This document shows, piece after piece, positions 51,396 to 63,623 of a stretch of 64,000 nt of DNA. A program made the translations under genes and the position numbers. The DNA comes from Marsupella aquatica. Taxonomy: Eukaryota; Plantae; Marchantiophyta. Under the pieces are notes generated by a model. It ran no database searches, was not told the origin of the DNA, and saw nothing but the letters and a program-made list of their open reading frames with translations. Numbering within the stretch: position 1 is the first letter of the stretch; every line of letters begins with the position of its first letter. The stretch is taken from assembly GCA_973895155.1 (NCBI GenBank), contig OZ316891.1:16829651-16893650 (forward strand), read 5' to 3'.

Positions 51396-52268
51396 ATGGA
51401 GCCTGGTAAACGTAGAAAGTGTGACCACCCAGCAGTGTTTACAGGGGTCAGAGCGATTTTGGTCCATGGCCAGCATGGGTTGACCAAAGTGCATTGGCCA
51501 ACTGTACAGAAACGATTCTCTGAGCTCCATGGCACTGTAGTTCAGGACATCACTCCAGAGACTACACATGTTGTTGCAGGGACATGGCTATCAGTGATAA
51601 AGAAGTGGTCATGGTCCTACATGAATTCTGCAATTACTAAGCAAGGCCTAAAAGTAGTTGAGGCCTCTTGGATCACAGATTCCATAGCACATAAGATTGT
51701 ACAGGATACTGAGCAATATGAGTTGTGGGAGGATGAAGAAGCTACTGCATCAGCTTGGGCTGAACAAGAAGTCTGGGAAGCAAAGGCACGGCTTGCTGAT
51801 CTCCAATATGGACCTGTACTCAACAAAGGACAGAGCTCTACAAGGCTGAAGAGTATGTTGGCTGAGGAGACGAAGCAACCAACCCCCATTCTGAAAGGGC
51901 TGAGCATGGTATTTGTGGAGGCGGGAATTGGAGAGGTTAAGTGCAAAGTGTACAAGTCCACAGTGCTTGACCTAGGTGGGACAGTGGAGGAGAATATAAC
52001 AGAGGACACCACTCATGTCATTACTAAGTCATATCCCAAAGCCTGCCGCAAGTTTGGGAAGGGAGACATTCGCTTTTATGTCATGTCCCATAATGTGTTT
52101 GTGGTTTCATATGCTTGGCTTGTGGAATCAGTAGCAGCTGGGAAGCGTCAAAACCCAATGGACTATGATCTTTTTGAGGCCTGGCCACGGAAGGGTCAGG
52201 ATCCTTACAGAGAGGACTATGAGACAACAAGTGAGGAATGGGTCATTAGCGATTCTGAATCAGAGTGA
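51396..52268 (+). CDS. Tandem BRCT-domain protein (DNA polymerase lambda-like BRCT), intact ~290 aa
   Basis: Two repeats: FTG..HGTVVQDITPETTHVV..VVEASWITDS..YEL and LKG..LGGTVEENITEDTTHVI..VVSYAWLVES..YDL. Acidic tail. Confidence 0.8.
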   Translation: MEPGKRRKCDHPAVFTGVRAILVHGQHGLTKVHWPTVQKRFSELHGTVVQDITPETTHVVAGTWLSVIKKWSWSYMNSAITKQGLKVVEASWITDSIAHKIVQDTEQYELWEDEEATASAWAEQEVWEAKARLADLQYGPVLNKGQSSTRLKSMLAEETKQPTPILKGLSMVFVEAGIGEVKCKVYKSTVLDLGGTVEENITEDTTHVITKSYPKACRKFGKGDIRFYVMSHNVFVVSYAWLVESVAAGKRQNPMDYDLFEAWPRKGQDPYREDYETTSEEWVISDSESE

Positions 52269-52701
52269 GGAGTAGTAGCATCAGTTTGGACACAAGTTTT
52301 TTTGTATAAATCAGATCATTGAAATAAATGTGATCTTTGAACTAATGTACCTTGTTATGGTTGGTGGCAGTTGGGCTTATTTTACTGTTGGCGGATTGTT
52401 GTTTCCTGCTGCCTGGGGGTGTCACTGTAAACGTACATGCAGAGGCGGTACATTTGAGGACAGCGGAGGAGGTGGTGACACCCTCCAACATTTAGAAATT
52501 TTGTGTCATTCACTTGACAATAGGTACACTACTTGCGAACCTGTTTTTTTCTTTTGGGGTGGTTTAGGGTTTGTGAGAATTTAGTACACGTTATGTTAAC
52601 TCTTTTGGCAGATACAGTCAGGGATATATGGAACACAAATACCACCATTAGGCATCCTTGTTCACTGCTGTCCATGACTGCAGAGCTCCCAGCCTGTTAC
52701 A

Positions 52702-55700
52702 ATGCACCCTGGTCACCACCCTCCCCAGACCCAGCCCAGGGCACAGGCACTGCCTTTGCATCATCCCACAAGGATATCACGCCATGATAATAAGCTTTGG
52801 CAGCGTGAAAGGTTACGAACCAGACTTTCAGGAGCCAGTAGGATGAGATGTCCTTGTGCAATCTGCCAAGGATCCCGTACCAGGGGTCTGAATGAGGTTT
52901 GGCGGCATATCGCGGTTCATGGAAGAGATCCACGACATCGAGTTTGGAATGATCCTGCAGAGGAAGATTCTTCCGACGAGGAGTGGAGGTTAGAATTTGA
53001 TGCTGCCAATGCTGCAAGACGGGCAAGTGAGGTTCTGCCTGGTGCATTTGAAAATGTTGTAGCTGGTCTCTGTGGGTTGTCAGCTCTCCAACGGGATGGT
53101 GCTCAGGCAGCACCACGTGACGAAGGAATTCATGTGGAAGAGATGGTGAGAGACATCTTCCAAGACTTGGATGCATTTCATGATGGGCTGGACAATGAAG
53201 AGGATACGGCTGCAGATGCAAGTGTGCCCCCTGTCGAAGAGCCTCTTGATGAGTTTGAGATAGGGCAGGAAACCCCTGGGCATGATGGGATGTTTGGCTC
53301 TCCCCTGCAAATACAGGAAGGCAGGAAGTCTTTGTACCCCGGTAGCAAATGTTCTAAACTGGGATTTGTCATCATGTTCCTGAACATTTGCGGCAACCAC
53401 AATGTCCCCAACGTTTTGGTTTCTGAGTTGTTGGCATTCTTGCGAACAACTGTGCTACCAGATGGTAATATTTTGCCCAAGAACATGTACGAGGCAAAAA
53501 GATGCATATCTAATCTTGGATTGAACTATGATTCGATCCATGCCTGTCCTGATGGGCATGTTCTTTTCAGAAAGGAGTATAAAGAATCGTTGACATGCCC
53601 TAAGTGTGGGAAGCACAGGTATCGGAACTCAGGAAAGTCTATGGTTCCCGCCAAGGTACTTCGTCATTTTCCACTCATTCCCAGACTTCAGCGGATGTTC
53701 AGAAGCCGTGCCATCTCGGAGATGATGACTTGGGCAACTGACAAGAAAAGTGATGATGGGCTACAACGACATGCTGCAGATTCAAGGCAATGGAAACTCA
53801 TAGATGAGATGTATCCCGAATTTGCTGCTGAGCCGAGGAATGTCAGACTTGGGCTGTCATTGGATGGGGTAAACCCATTTGGAGACAAGAACAACAAATT
53901 TTCATGCTGGCCTGTAACTATTTTGAATTATAACCTTCCTCCTTGGATGACTACAAAGCGATTTTTTGTTCTGATGGTCCTACTGATACCAGGGCCAGAC
54001 AGTGCTGTATCTGCCAACATAGATGTGTTTCTGGCTCCCCTAGTGGAGGAATTGAGAAAGCTTTGGGAGGAAGGAGTTCTCACATATGATGTCCTACAGA
54101 GGCTTGGGAGGTTAAACCCATTCATCCTTAGAGCCATTGTCATTCTGACTATAGCTGACTACCCAGCCCATGGGATGATATCAGGCCAAACAACAAAAGG
54201 ATATTGTGCTTGTACTATCTGTGGGCGCAATGTCACCAGTGAGTACTCCAGAGCCCTGCAGAAAGTGATATACATGGGCCATCGTCGTTTTCTGAAGACA
54301 GATCACCCTTACAGAGAAAGACAGGCACTGATTGCACACTTTGGCAATGAGATTGAGCAACGTGGACCCCCGGCACGAGTGACCAAAGAGGAGATCAGGC
54401 AGTGGGGAGCACTGAGGGATGACTATATCAAACGAGGGGGCAGGGAAGATGGAGTGAGTGATCCAATAAAGCGATATGGTGTAAAAAGACTGAGCATATT
54501 GGACTTGGAGCTCAAGTACTGGAGGGTAAGCCTCTTGGAGTTGATGCTAATTGGGATACATGTTTTGGTTCAGAGCATGTGCATTCATTTCGAAGAGAGA
54601 GACTAAACTTGAGGCATTTCCTGACGCTTTTGCATTGCAACGATGCAGGAGTTTGAGCCAAGCAAACATAACATTGATGTTATGCACATTGAAAAGAATA
54701 TTTGTGAGAGTCTACTCAGATTCTTGTGTGGAGAGAAAGACACTGGTTCAGTGAGATTGGATCTTGAACAGAGGGGAATGAAACCCCATCTTTGGTTGAG
54801 GCCACATGCCCACAGAGCTGATGTGCTCTTGAAGTACCAAGCGCCCTATGTTCTGACAGACACAGAGTGGGAACTATTTGTGCAGAGGTTGAGTTCTTTG
54901 AAGGTTCCTTCAAACTATGGCAGTGCTTTCAAGAAGCATATCATGACTAGAAAGCTTGGTAGTATGAAAAGCCATGACTACCATATGTTGATGCAACAGG
55001 TGTTGCCTTTATGCCTGAGGGGCCTGTTGCAGAAGCCTGTTCGTACTGTGATCATGCGACTCAGTGATGTGTTTCGTCGTATTTGTGTGAAGGTTTGGGA
55101 TGAAACACACTTCCCACAACTGACAGAAGATGTCGCTCAGGTGCTGTGTGACCTGGAGATTTATTTTCCTCCCGCATTTTTTGATGTCATGACCCACCTA
55201 CTTGTCCATGTTGTGGAAGAGCTACACCAATTTGGGCCTGTGAGTGCTCGTTGGTTGTACCCTTTGGAACGGTACATGAAGCTACTCAAAGGTCACGTGA
55301 GAACATATTACAAACCTGAAGCAAGCATGGCTAAAGGTTACATCAAGGATGAGACTCTGGGATTTCTGACCGAATACATAGCACAATATGAGCATGTGAA
55401 GACCAGGGTGTGGAATTCTGATGAGGAGGAAGGGGTGGTAGGTGAAGTACTGGAAGGGGCTGCAACCACAAAGAACCTGACCATATCTATGAGAGACTTG
55501 GCACATGACTTTGTATTGCACAACACTGTGGTGATGGAACCCTGGATACAGTGAGTGCATACATGTGCTATAATCCAGTTCATGAGCTTAAATGTTGTGT
55601 TCGTGTGGTTTTCTCCTTCAGCCTGTTCATGTTTACCCAAGCTAATGCTGTGTGGTTGTTCGTTCAGGGAGTATGAGTCATTGAAGGCGGCCCATCCCAC

Positions 55701-56433
55701 TGCAGGAACAACTTTTCCAGGTTTCATGGAGTGGATCAGAGTGGCAATTAGAGAGCATCACGAGACCCACCCAGACATGGATGCAGATGTTTACCTACTG
55801 TCTAATGCCCCTAGCCTGAAAGTGAAGACTTACAAACGGATGAGAGCATATGGGAATCACTTCCGAGTGAAGGATGGTGACAGTGCCTACAGGGTGACGA
55901 ATGACTGCGGGCTCATCACTGTATTTGAGCAACAGAGCCACAATCACGACAGGGCCTGGATGGAGATGGGATATGTGGGAGAATTAGTTGACATATGGGC
56001 TCTGGACTATGGGGCGGTGTCCAGTCCTGTGATTCTTATGAAAGGTTCATGGGTGCGGCAGGATTGGCTTGGTAACAGGGCTACCATGAAGAGAGACAAC
56101 GACGGTTTCTTGCTGGCCAATTTCAGAGGGAAATTGCCCGAATGGTCTGAGCCATTTGTGTTTCCTAGTCAGGTGGAGCAAGCTTTCTTCCTGGATGTGG
56201 AAGACTCCCCAGGTTGGCGTGTAGTGTGTCATAAACAGGCCAGGCAACGCCGGATGGAAGGATCAAACCTTGAGTTTCATTTACACTCTCATAGTGCCTT
56301 TGATCGTTGGCGTTCAGACCAAGTGCCTGTAGTTCATGATAGCGGGGACTTCATTCCTGTGACAAGGGTAGATGCATTTGCTGAAGGAGGCGAATTCAGA
56401 GATGCAGATGCCAACAGTGTGCCTGTGCCATGA
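52702..56433 (+). CDS. CACTA TnpD/TNP2 transposase (Transposase_21, DUF4218, DUF4216-type regions), 3 exons, apparently intact
   Basis: Exons ~52702-54525, 54649-55550 and 55668-56433 join in frame at GT-AG sites. Motifs CPCAIC, IHACPDG, RNVRLGLSLDGVNPF, DYPA, DVMHIEKN, FFDVMTHL, YPLERYM, EPFVFPSQVEQAFF. The true start is uncertain. Confidence 0.93.
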
Positions 56434-56589
56434 GTAATGTGAATTGTTTGCATAGACATTAGTGAGGGGAAGGATGTGTAATAAAGTAATTCTGAAGCAA
56501 CACAGATGTATGGATGGATGCCTGGTGATTGTGGTTGCATTGTGTTATACGGGGTGACCATAGATGACATGTTTTTGTGGTCCAGTAGG

Positions 56590-59500
56590 ATGGAACAGAG
56601 TGACACAGAGATGTGTGAGTATGAAAGGAAAGCTATGGAACAACGAGCATACGTGAAAGCCAAAATCGCAGAACTGGATCTGGAAAAGGATGTGGCTGAA
56701 TTGTAAGGGAACGATTCTCAACTACACCCCTCCGCTGAGTTTGTGTGACATGAATAGTTCAATGTGGCACTGAAATTGTGACTGTATTCTCATATTGGAA
56801 TGTCGCAGAGCCACAGCATTTTCAAAGAAACAAAAGGAGTACGCAAGAAGGGTGACCAGCACTATCTCTGGGCCTGTGCGTCGGAGTGACAGGTTGAGCA
56901 AGAAGGTCGTACCTACAATGGCAGAATGTGGAGATGACATTGATGCTGCACAGGTGGGTGCAGACACTAGACAAGAAGATGCAGATGATGAGTATTTTCC
57001 AGAGGAAATGGATGAGGATGGGGGTTATGAAGATGAATACATTGCAGAGCAGCCCCAAAAGAAACATGTAAGTAGTTTTCCCAACAAGGTTTTGAGTTAA
57101 AAACTCTTGTTTAGAGGTTTCATATGTTCAGTACTACACATATGTACCTTGCTTAGTTCCTGACATTGTAGTTGGTGATGTGATGCAGCGTCCTGCCAGT
57201 TCTGTTTTGCCTTCGAAGCCTGTGCATGCACCATACCAGCAGGGGGGGCTGACCTCTGATCAAGGTTGGCGAGGTGGTAGTAGTGGTAGATCCCAGGCTG
57301 GTGCCCAATACTATGGCAGGGGGCAAGCTCTAGGTTATGCCCGTGGTAGAGGCAGAGCAGGTCCAAACCCACAATCTCGTGGGTATGGACGTCCACCTCA
57401 ACCGTGGGGATGTGAGTATATATCTATATGCCAGTTCTTTGTGAAGGCATGGCACTCCTGAATTTCAGACTGCATATCAATTTTTGACATTGTTTGGGAT
57501 GTATTGGATTCAGACAACATGAAATTCTGTCCACCTGCCATTGCATGCAGATTCTGCCCAACCTGATTGGGCAAATGCTAGTAATGATCAGTTCCAATGT
57601 CCACAAGGACAGACATGGGTTGAACCAGGTTGGGAGGATGGTGGTGGGTCGTGGAATGAACAAGGTTGGGAAGGTGGTGAAGGTAATTGGCAGGGATATC
57701 AAAATTCAGTACCTACAAACGCTGGAAGAGGAGCAGGTAATGTCTGATCTTGTCAGCAATGGAAGAACTCATTATATGTGGAGTCCATTCACGTGGGGGG
57801 GACTCTGCACATGTATAATGATAGAAAATGTATGTGTGCAGGTTGGACAGTCGAACCATCGACTCAAGTATTCACTAATGCCCCTATGCAGATGCAGCAC
57901 GGAAGGGGGACAGGTATGTCGGTGAATGTTCAGTTGTTTTCCTACAGTTTGTACTTAGTTTTCAGTACATATGTTTGCACACACATACCTAGAAAGTGAC
58001 ATCATCCGGCCCCTGTACTAGGCTGGACAGGTGGTCCAGGGTCGCAACAATTTCAGAGTGCAGTCCCTGCACAGGCATCTACAGGCAGAGCTACAGGTAT
58101 GTATGTTTGAAGAATTTTTCTTGAAGTGAAGCATTGAATGTTGCCGTCATCCATTCTGCTATATGTAGTTCTCAAGCATGAATGGCATTGTATTTTCCCA
58201 GGTGGCTTCAGAACCCCAGGTAGGGTGAATGAAGGGGTGGCCAATACAACGCCCAGTACTACCGAGAGCAGTGCACGAGGGGAGGTGACAAAGAAAGGGA
58301 ACGTAAAGTTGAATGAGAGACAATGGGTGGATGCTGAGTGTCCTCGCAAGAACCGATGGCATGCTGATTTGAAAGCTGAAGTATTGCGTTGGTTAGATGT
58401 GAGTGTTATTAATTTTAAAAAACAGCATCCAAAAGATTGGAAGACTGTATGTGAAAATGTTGCTGCCAAATGGAATTATGTGGGCAGTGATGATGGCGTG
58501 GACATAGGTTGCCTAGAGAGTACAGCAGGTAAAATTATCAAGCAAGAGAGGTGGAGAATGCATAAGGCTTGGAAGGAAGGTGGGGAGAAGCCAGATATGC
58601 CTCCACCAGCCAGTTGTGATGATAAAGTGTGGGCAAGGTTAGTAGCTTATTTTGTAACAGATGCTTCAAAAAAGAAGAGTTCACAGATGACCGAGGCCAG
58701 GTTGAGTGTTCAGAACCCTAATCTGACAGGAAGGACCGGCACTGCACCGACAGCTAAACGTTTGGTAAGAATGAATGGCCTAGCTATGTAATTTATGCTA
58801 CACTATGTACTATTTTTTAGTGTACTGTCCCTACATGTAAACTTTGTTTTTTAGTGTACGTTCCCTGAATATTGATCGATAACTTGTGTTTGCCATGCAT
58901 GTGCAGAAAGCCCAATTGGGGCAAAGCCCTTCAAAAGAAGAGTTGAGGGCTGAAATTGTGAACACCCGGGCTCAAGAGGGTGCATCTGAATCCTCCAAGC
59001 ATGTAAGTTATATGAGTTCTGATTGGTAATTGAATGACCTGCGTTGAATTTCAGGTGTACACTGTATATAACATTGATTGTGCATATATTGCCCAACATT
59101 TCATATGGAGTGATTGAACCTATACCCCTGTGTCATGTAGGGAGGTGGATCTTCACTTACAGAGATAAGTGGTCGTTTGAAGGCTGTCGAAACATGTCTT
59201 CCAGAGATCAATGAACGTTTGAATTCATTGACTGACTTGTTCCATGTGAACTTCAAGACATTAATGGAAGCTGTTGTGTCGGTGAGAGATAAAATTGATT
59301 CCAATTCTGCAGGAGTTCCACCATCACCACTTGAGGTGGCAAAGTCGATGCACTCTTCTGGCATGCCAACGACATGTAGGCTTGAAGGTAAGGCCTTTAC
59401 AACTGTGTGGGATATGATTATTAAATGTATAGTTTGAATTGACATTGTTTGTTGAATGTGTTATTTTCAGTAACATATATTGTGGTTGTTGTGTCCATAG

Positions 59501-60297
59501 AGAATAAGACAGGTGCTACAGAGAAGAAGTATGAGAACCTGGCAAATACTCGCTGTAATTTAGAGGCAACAAAGTTGCAGTCTGTACAAGCAACTTGTTT
59601 GACAGAGGGCAGTCAACCATGTTTGGATGAGGATGACATTGGCAAGGGAGTGGATGATATCAATGTTGGGGCAAATGAGGATATCAGCAAGCATGACAAT
59701 GATACCATTGAGCCAGATTCATGCTATGTAGATCTTGACTCCATTGCAGAGATAAATGATTTGCAGAATGTATCATTCTCAATGACAGGTGTGCCTCTTG
59801 TTGAGATAAATCCAACCAAAGAGTTAGTTGGTATGACACTCCCAGGTGATGAACCTGCTACTGTGACAGTCCTAACAGAGGAACCTACTGAGCCTAGCTT
59901 CACTACTGTGAAGAGAGGAAGCATGCGCACACGAAGCAAGTCTGCTGGTGGGAGCAGAGCCACGTCAAAGGTTTCATACAAACCTCCAAGAACAGTGCTG
60001 GCAGAAAGATCTAAGGTGGAAGTGGGGAAAGCACCTAATGCTGAGGGACAAAGTGGCTTGTTAGCTGTTGATGAGAGTGGAACACGAGTAGGATTTGCCA
60101 GAGTGCAGGTTGGTTCCACAACGTTCCATGGCAAGAGGATTCCCCCAGGTTATTCAGTAGTGTTAGTCACATTACTAGTGAAACCTAAAGCTGTCCTTCC
60201 CATTCCAAACACAAATGATGATCCTCCTCAAAAGACACTTGGAGATGCTGCAGGTTCTTTGGTATTATGGCCAAGCAAGTTCATAGAGGATCCATAA
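56590..60297 (+). CDS. CACTA TnpA/TNP1-like second gene, multi-exon
   Basis: Short GT-AG exons from 56590. 58202-58765 has a Ptta/En/Spm-like W..LV.YF..SSQMTEAR..TGRTG region. The last exon ends FHGKRIPPGY..V..LPIP..TLGDAAGSLVLWP. Exact exon structure is not resolved. Confidence 0.75.
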
Positions 60298-60814
60298 CAA
60301 TGTCATGCCATTATTTGTTTGTAGTGTGAGTCATGTTATGTAGATTTTAGATGTCAAGAAACAGTACAAGAATCATGTCCTCTTGGAGATTCATAGTATC
60401 ATGCATGTGCTTTCAGTTATCTCATCCTACAGTCATCAATTATGAGTTCCTGTTTTGTCTAAATTACATTGATCACATTGTAAACTATTCCATTGGAATT
60501 CAAATGATCTTCATTTTTTAGCAAGATTGTGATTGTGTTTAATTCTTATGAATGTTTTATGTAGGATCTGCTTATATGATGCTTTGTTTCATGTGGATGT
60601 CATTCATGCTATGTTCATTTCTTGTATTCAATGTGTTATATTTCTAAAGTTAGAACATCAGGTTTCTATGTATTGTAATGTCGAGTGCTCTCTCTTCTTA
60701 TGAACTGTCCCTCTGTGTTCATTAGTCATGGTTATAACTTGCATGTGATCCTTATTAGTTATAAACATGAGTATATAGAGTCCCAAATGGTTCTGTTGTG
60801 TGACGCGGGCCAGG

Positions 60815-61140
60815 GTCTCCATTGGTCTCTCCTGTGACACTAAATAGTCACACGCTAGTCGTTGTTGAATGCGGGTAAGTCATGTATGTGATTTACGATG
60901 TGACTCGCTGAAGTCATATTGCAGTCACGTCGAAACAAGGCTAGACTCCACAATAAAGTCACAGATCAGTCACAAATGGGTATCAAGCAAGTTGCAAAGC
61001 CCAGTATCAATAGTGACTTCCATTTTTTGGTCTCAACTTTTGCAACTCCAAGGGTCACAGCGTGGGTCAAGTCACGTTGAGTCACAATGAAGTCACATGA
61101 GCCAAAATGAGTCATATATTGCGGTCTCAGTTCACCTCGG
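60815..61140. repeat. CACTA subterminal repeats (GTCAC/GTGAC core, both orientations)
   Basis: Dense TGTGAC, AGTCACA, GTGACT and GAGTCAC motifs beside the right TIR. Similar motifs lie near both left ends. Confidence 0.7.
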
Positions 61141-63527
61141 ATTCTTCTAGTGCTCCCAAGGTGATTGCCGAAGTGTTTGGCTTGCCGATGGGCAATAAGA
61201 CCAAAGTTGATACCAGGAAGACCTTGCCTGACAAGGAGTTCCGGTCGTTCCCCGGGCCATCAACGAAGAATGGCTTCTTCCGGAACACCTGCACCAACCC
61301 GCACATAGGAGAGATGATCGACTTCTTGCGGGTGACCATGCATTGTAACTTGCCGAGGGCAGAGATCGGCAAGGCACAGGTCTATCTGGCAGAAAGGCCA
61401 AACCCAAGCCGGGACTACAACGGGTACCTCCTCAACCAATTGAAGAAGATCTTAAAGGAGGAGCAGCAGGTAATCGGCATGGGGAGCGTGTCGCGGCTTG
61501 GCTATCACATGCCGCTGTTGTGCCGGTATGCCAGAGGTCAGACTTTTGCCCCGGTACTTCCCCTGCAGGTAAGGGCACCCGAGGAAGCTCCAACGCCGAG
61601 GCCGTTGGCTGAGAAGCCTCAACCACCTGTTAGTCCTACGATCGAGCAGGTGTTTAGGCCCAGGAAGGAAGACTTGCCGATGCAGCAACCAGGCATGCAG
61701 AGTCTGCTGAAACTACTGGAGAAAGAAAAGAAATCGGCATCGGCAACAACAACGGCAACGGCAACAATGCAGGACACTACTACAGAGGTAGGCCTACACC
61801 GGCTCACAAGAGAAAACCCCTTTGCTGGAGACAAGGAGAGAATCAGGCCGGAATCCAAGCCAGGTGTTCGAATGTACGTGGGAACCTCAAGCTCCGAATC
61901 TGAGGCAGAATTGCCTGAAGCTCCTACCGAGGAAGAGGAGAGGGAGAAGCCGGAAATCCAAGAGGTAGAGGAGGCAGTGGAGGACTGCAGCCATGATAAT
62001 TCCGGCTATGGGTCGGACCATCACGTTCCAGGAGTAAGGACCTGTGGCCGGTTTGTCCCCACACTTCCAAGGGTAGTGCGAGGGGACCCCAACCGGCAGA
62101 GTAGCCCTGAGTCTCCCCCACCAGATGTTGCTCCCCCGAGCTTCGACGGCATAAAACAGACGGTGCAGGAATTTCAGGAGCGAATCAAGCAGGAGGAAGA
62201 GGCCGCCCTGGCTAAGGAAAAGGATTTACCAGGAGGAGATTGGCCGGAGGACATCAGGCGGCTAGCCGAAAAAGGAAGCAAACCTCTAGCCACGATTGAA
62301 GAGATCCGCAGGACGGCTTGGGAGCAGAGGCCACGATGGGCGATGCCGATCACTTCTACTTACTCCACCTACGCTAAGAATAGAGCCATGGAGTATGGTG
62401 AGATGTGTGGGGAACTTGCGCTCGGCATCTTTGGAGAGGAGTTGGAGATAGGACCCTTTTTCCATAGGGAGCAGTTGGAGAAGCACCAATTAGAAGAAGC
62501 GGTGGCTTTAGAGAGAAGCAAGAAGGACGAGGTCATTCGGCGGCTTAGGAGGATGGGAGCCGAGATTGAAGATCTAAGGGCGGCCAAGAAAGCCCAAGAT
62601 GAACTGCGGATTAAACGACATGAGCTGAACATCATGCAGGGGCAGTTGGACGCCGCGCAGGCTGATAATCAGAATATCAAGGATAAACTGACTCAGACGC
62701 AGGAAGAGTTGGCCGACACGATCAAAGAAAGGGAAAAGTGGAAGCAAGAGCTGAAGAATACAGAGGAGGCCCACATAACAGCCAACAGCCGGGCCATGGC
62801 GGAGACCCAAAGAAAGGAATGGGCGTTGAAAGGGGAGCTCGAGAAAATCCGCGGAGCCCTTGAGCAGAAGGAGGTCGAGTTAGGGAAATCCTATCAAGGG
62901 ATTATGGCGCTGCAGCAGGAGCTTGCGTCCCTGACGGCCAGCTTCAAGGCCGACCTAAGGGAGAAGGACGAGATGCTCGAACAGACTTACGCCAAGATGA
63001 ACCAGATGGAGTCTGTCATCATTGCAGAGCTCGACAAGGAGCTAAGAGCAACCCAGGAGGAGAGGGCTACCTTGAAGAAGGAATTGGAGGAAGCCCACAG
63101 GGAGCAGGAGGAGGCCAAAAACGAGCTGGAGGGGGCACGTAAGGACCTGGATGAAACCCAAGAGGAGTTGGAGGAAATCACGAGGAAGATGGAGAACCTA
63201 CAGCGGCGGGCCGACAACCAAACAGAGCGGCTGAAGAAACAAGCCGCAGTATTTAAATGCTTAGCTGCAGCAGGTCCATCTCCTGTTGGGACAAACCAGT
63301 TACCAGGGGTGGTAATTGCCGAAGGACAAGCCGCGCCACCTACACCAGTGCCGGAAGTAAGTGGGAAGGGGAAGGGACCAGCTGCCGAGCCACCAACGAA
63401 GAAGAAGCGGAAACCTTCAGGGTCAAGGAGTAATACGACTTCACAGGCCGTGGTGATCAAGGAGGTAGACCCAGCACCGACCCCAGACAGGGTCACGGCT
63501 AAGGATCCAACTACCCTAGGGGAAGGG

Positions 63528-63623
63528 GAGGCCGAAGCCGTGGGGGTGGCTGAAGCTGAAGCCGAGGGAGTGGCTGAAGCCGAAGCCGTGGGAGTGGCTG
63601 AGGCCGAAGCCGTGGGTATTGCC
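63528..63623 (+). repeat. 4 x 24-bp coding repeat (EAEAVGVA) in B2
   Basis: GAGGCCGAAGCCGTGGGGGTGGCT-like units, not present as an array in B1. Confidence 0.85.

Larger units (their letters stand above)
42909..61152 (+). mobile_element. Complete CACTA (En/Spm) element copy 2, 18244 bp, potentially autonomous
   Basis: TIRs CACTAGAAGAA / TTCTTCTAGTG and 3-bp TSD CTC (42906-42908, 61153-61155). Contains TnpD- and TnpA-like genes. Confidence 0.97.

Noticed and set aside
21500-56000. Large duplication read as a tandem segmental duplication or assembly artefact
   Set aside because: Copy 2 has its own TIRs and TSD, and each copy has private mutations and insertions, so these are two transposon copies.
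60815-61140. CRISPR-like or satellite array
   Set aside because: Short irregular motifs in both orientations beside a TIR in a eukaryotic context are ordinary CACTA subterminal repeats.
61107-61155. N-terminus of the 891-aa ORF 61107-63782
   Set aside because: The first ~16 codons come from the CACTA right end fused by chance to the split B2 ORF; the real N-terminal part is at 41888-42908.
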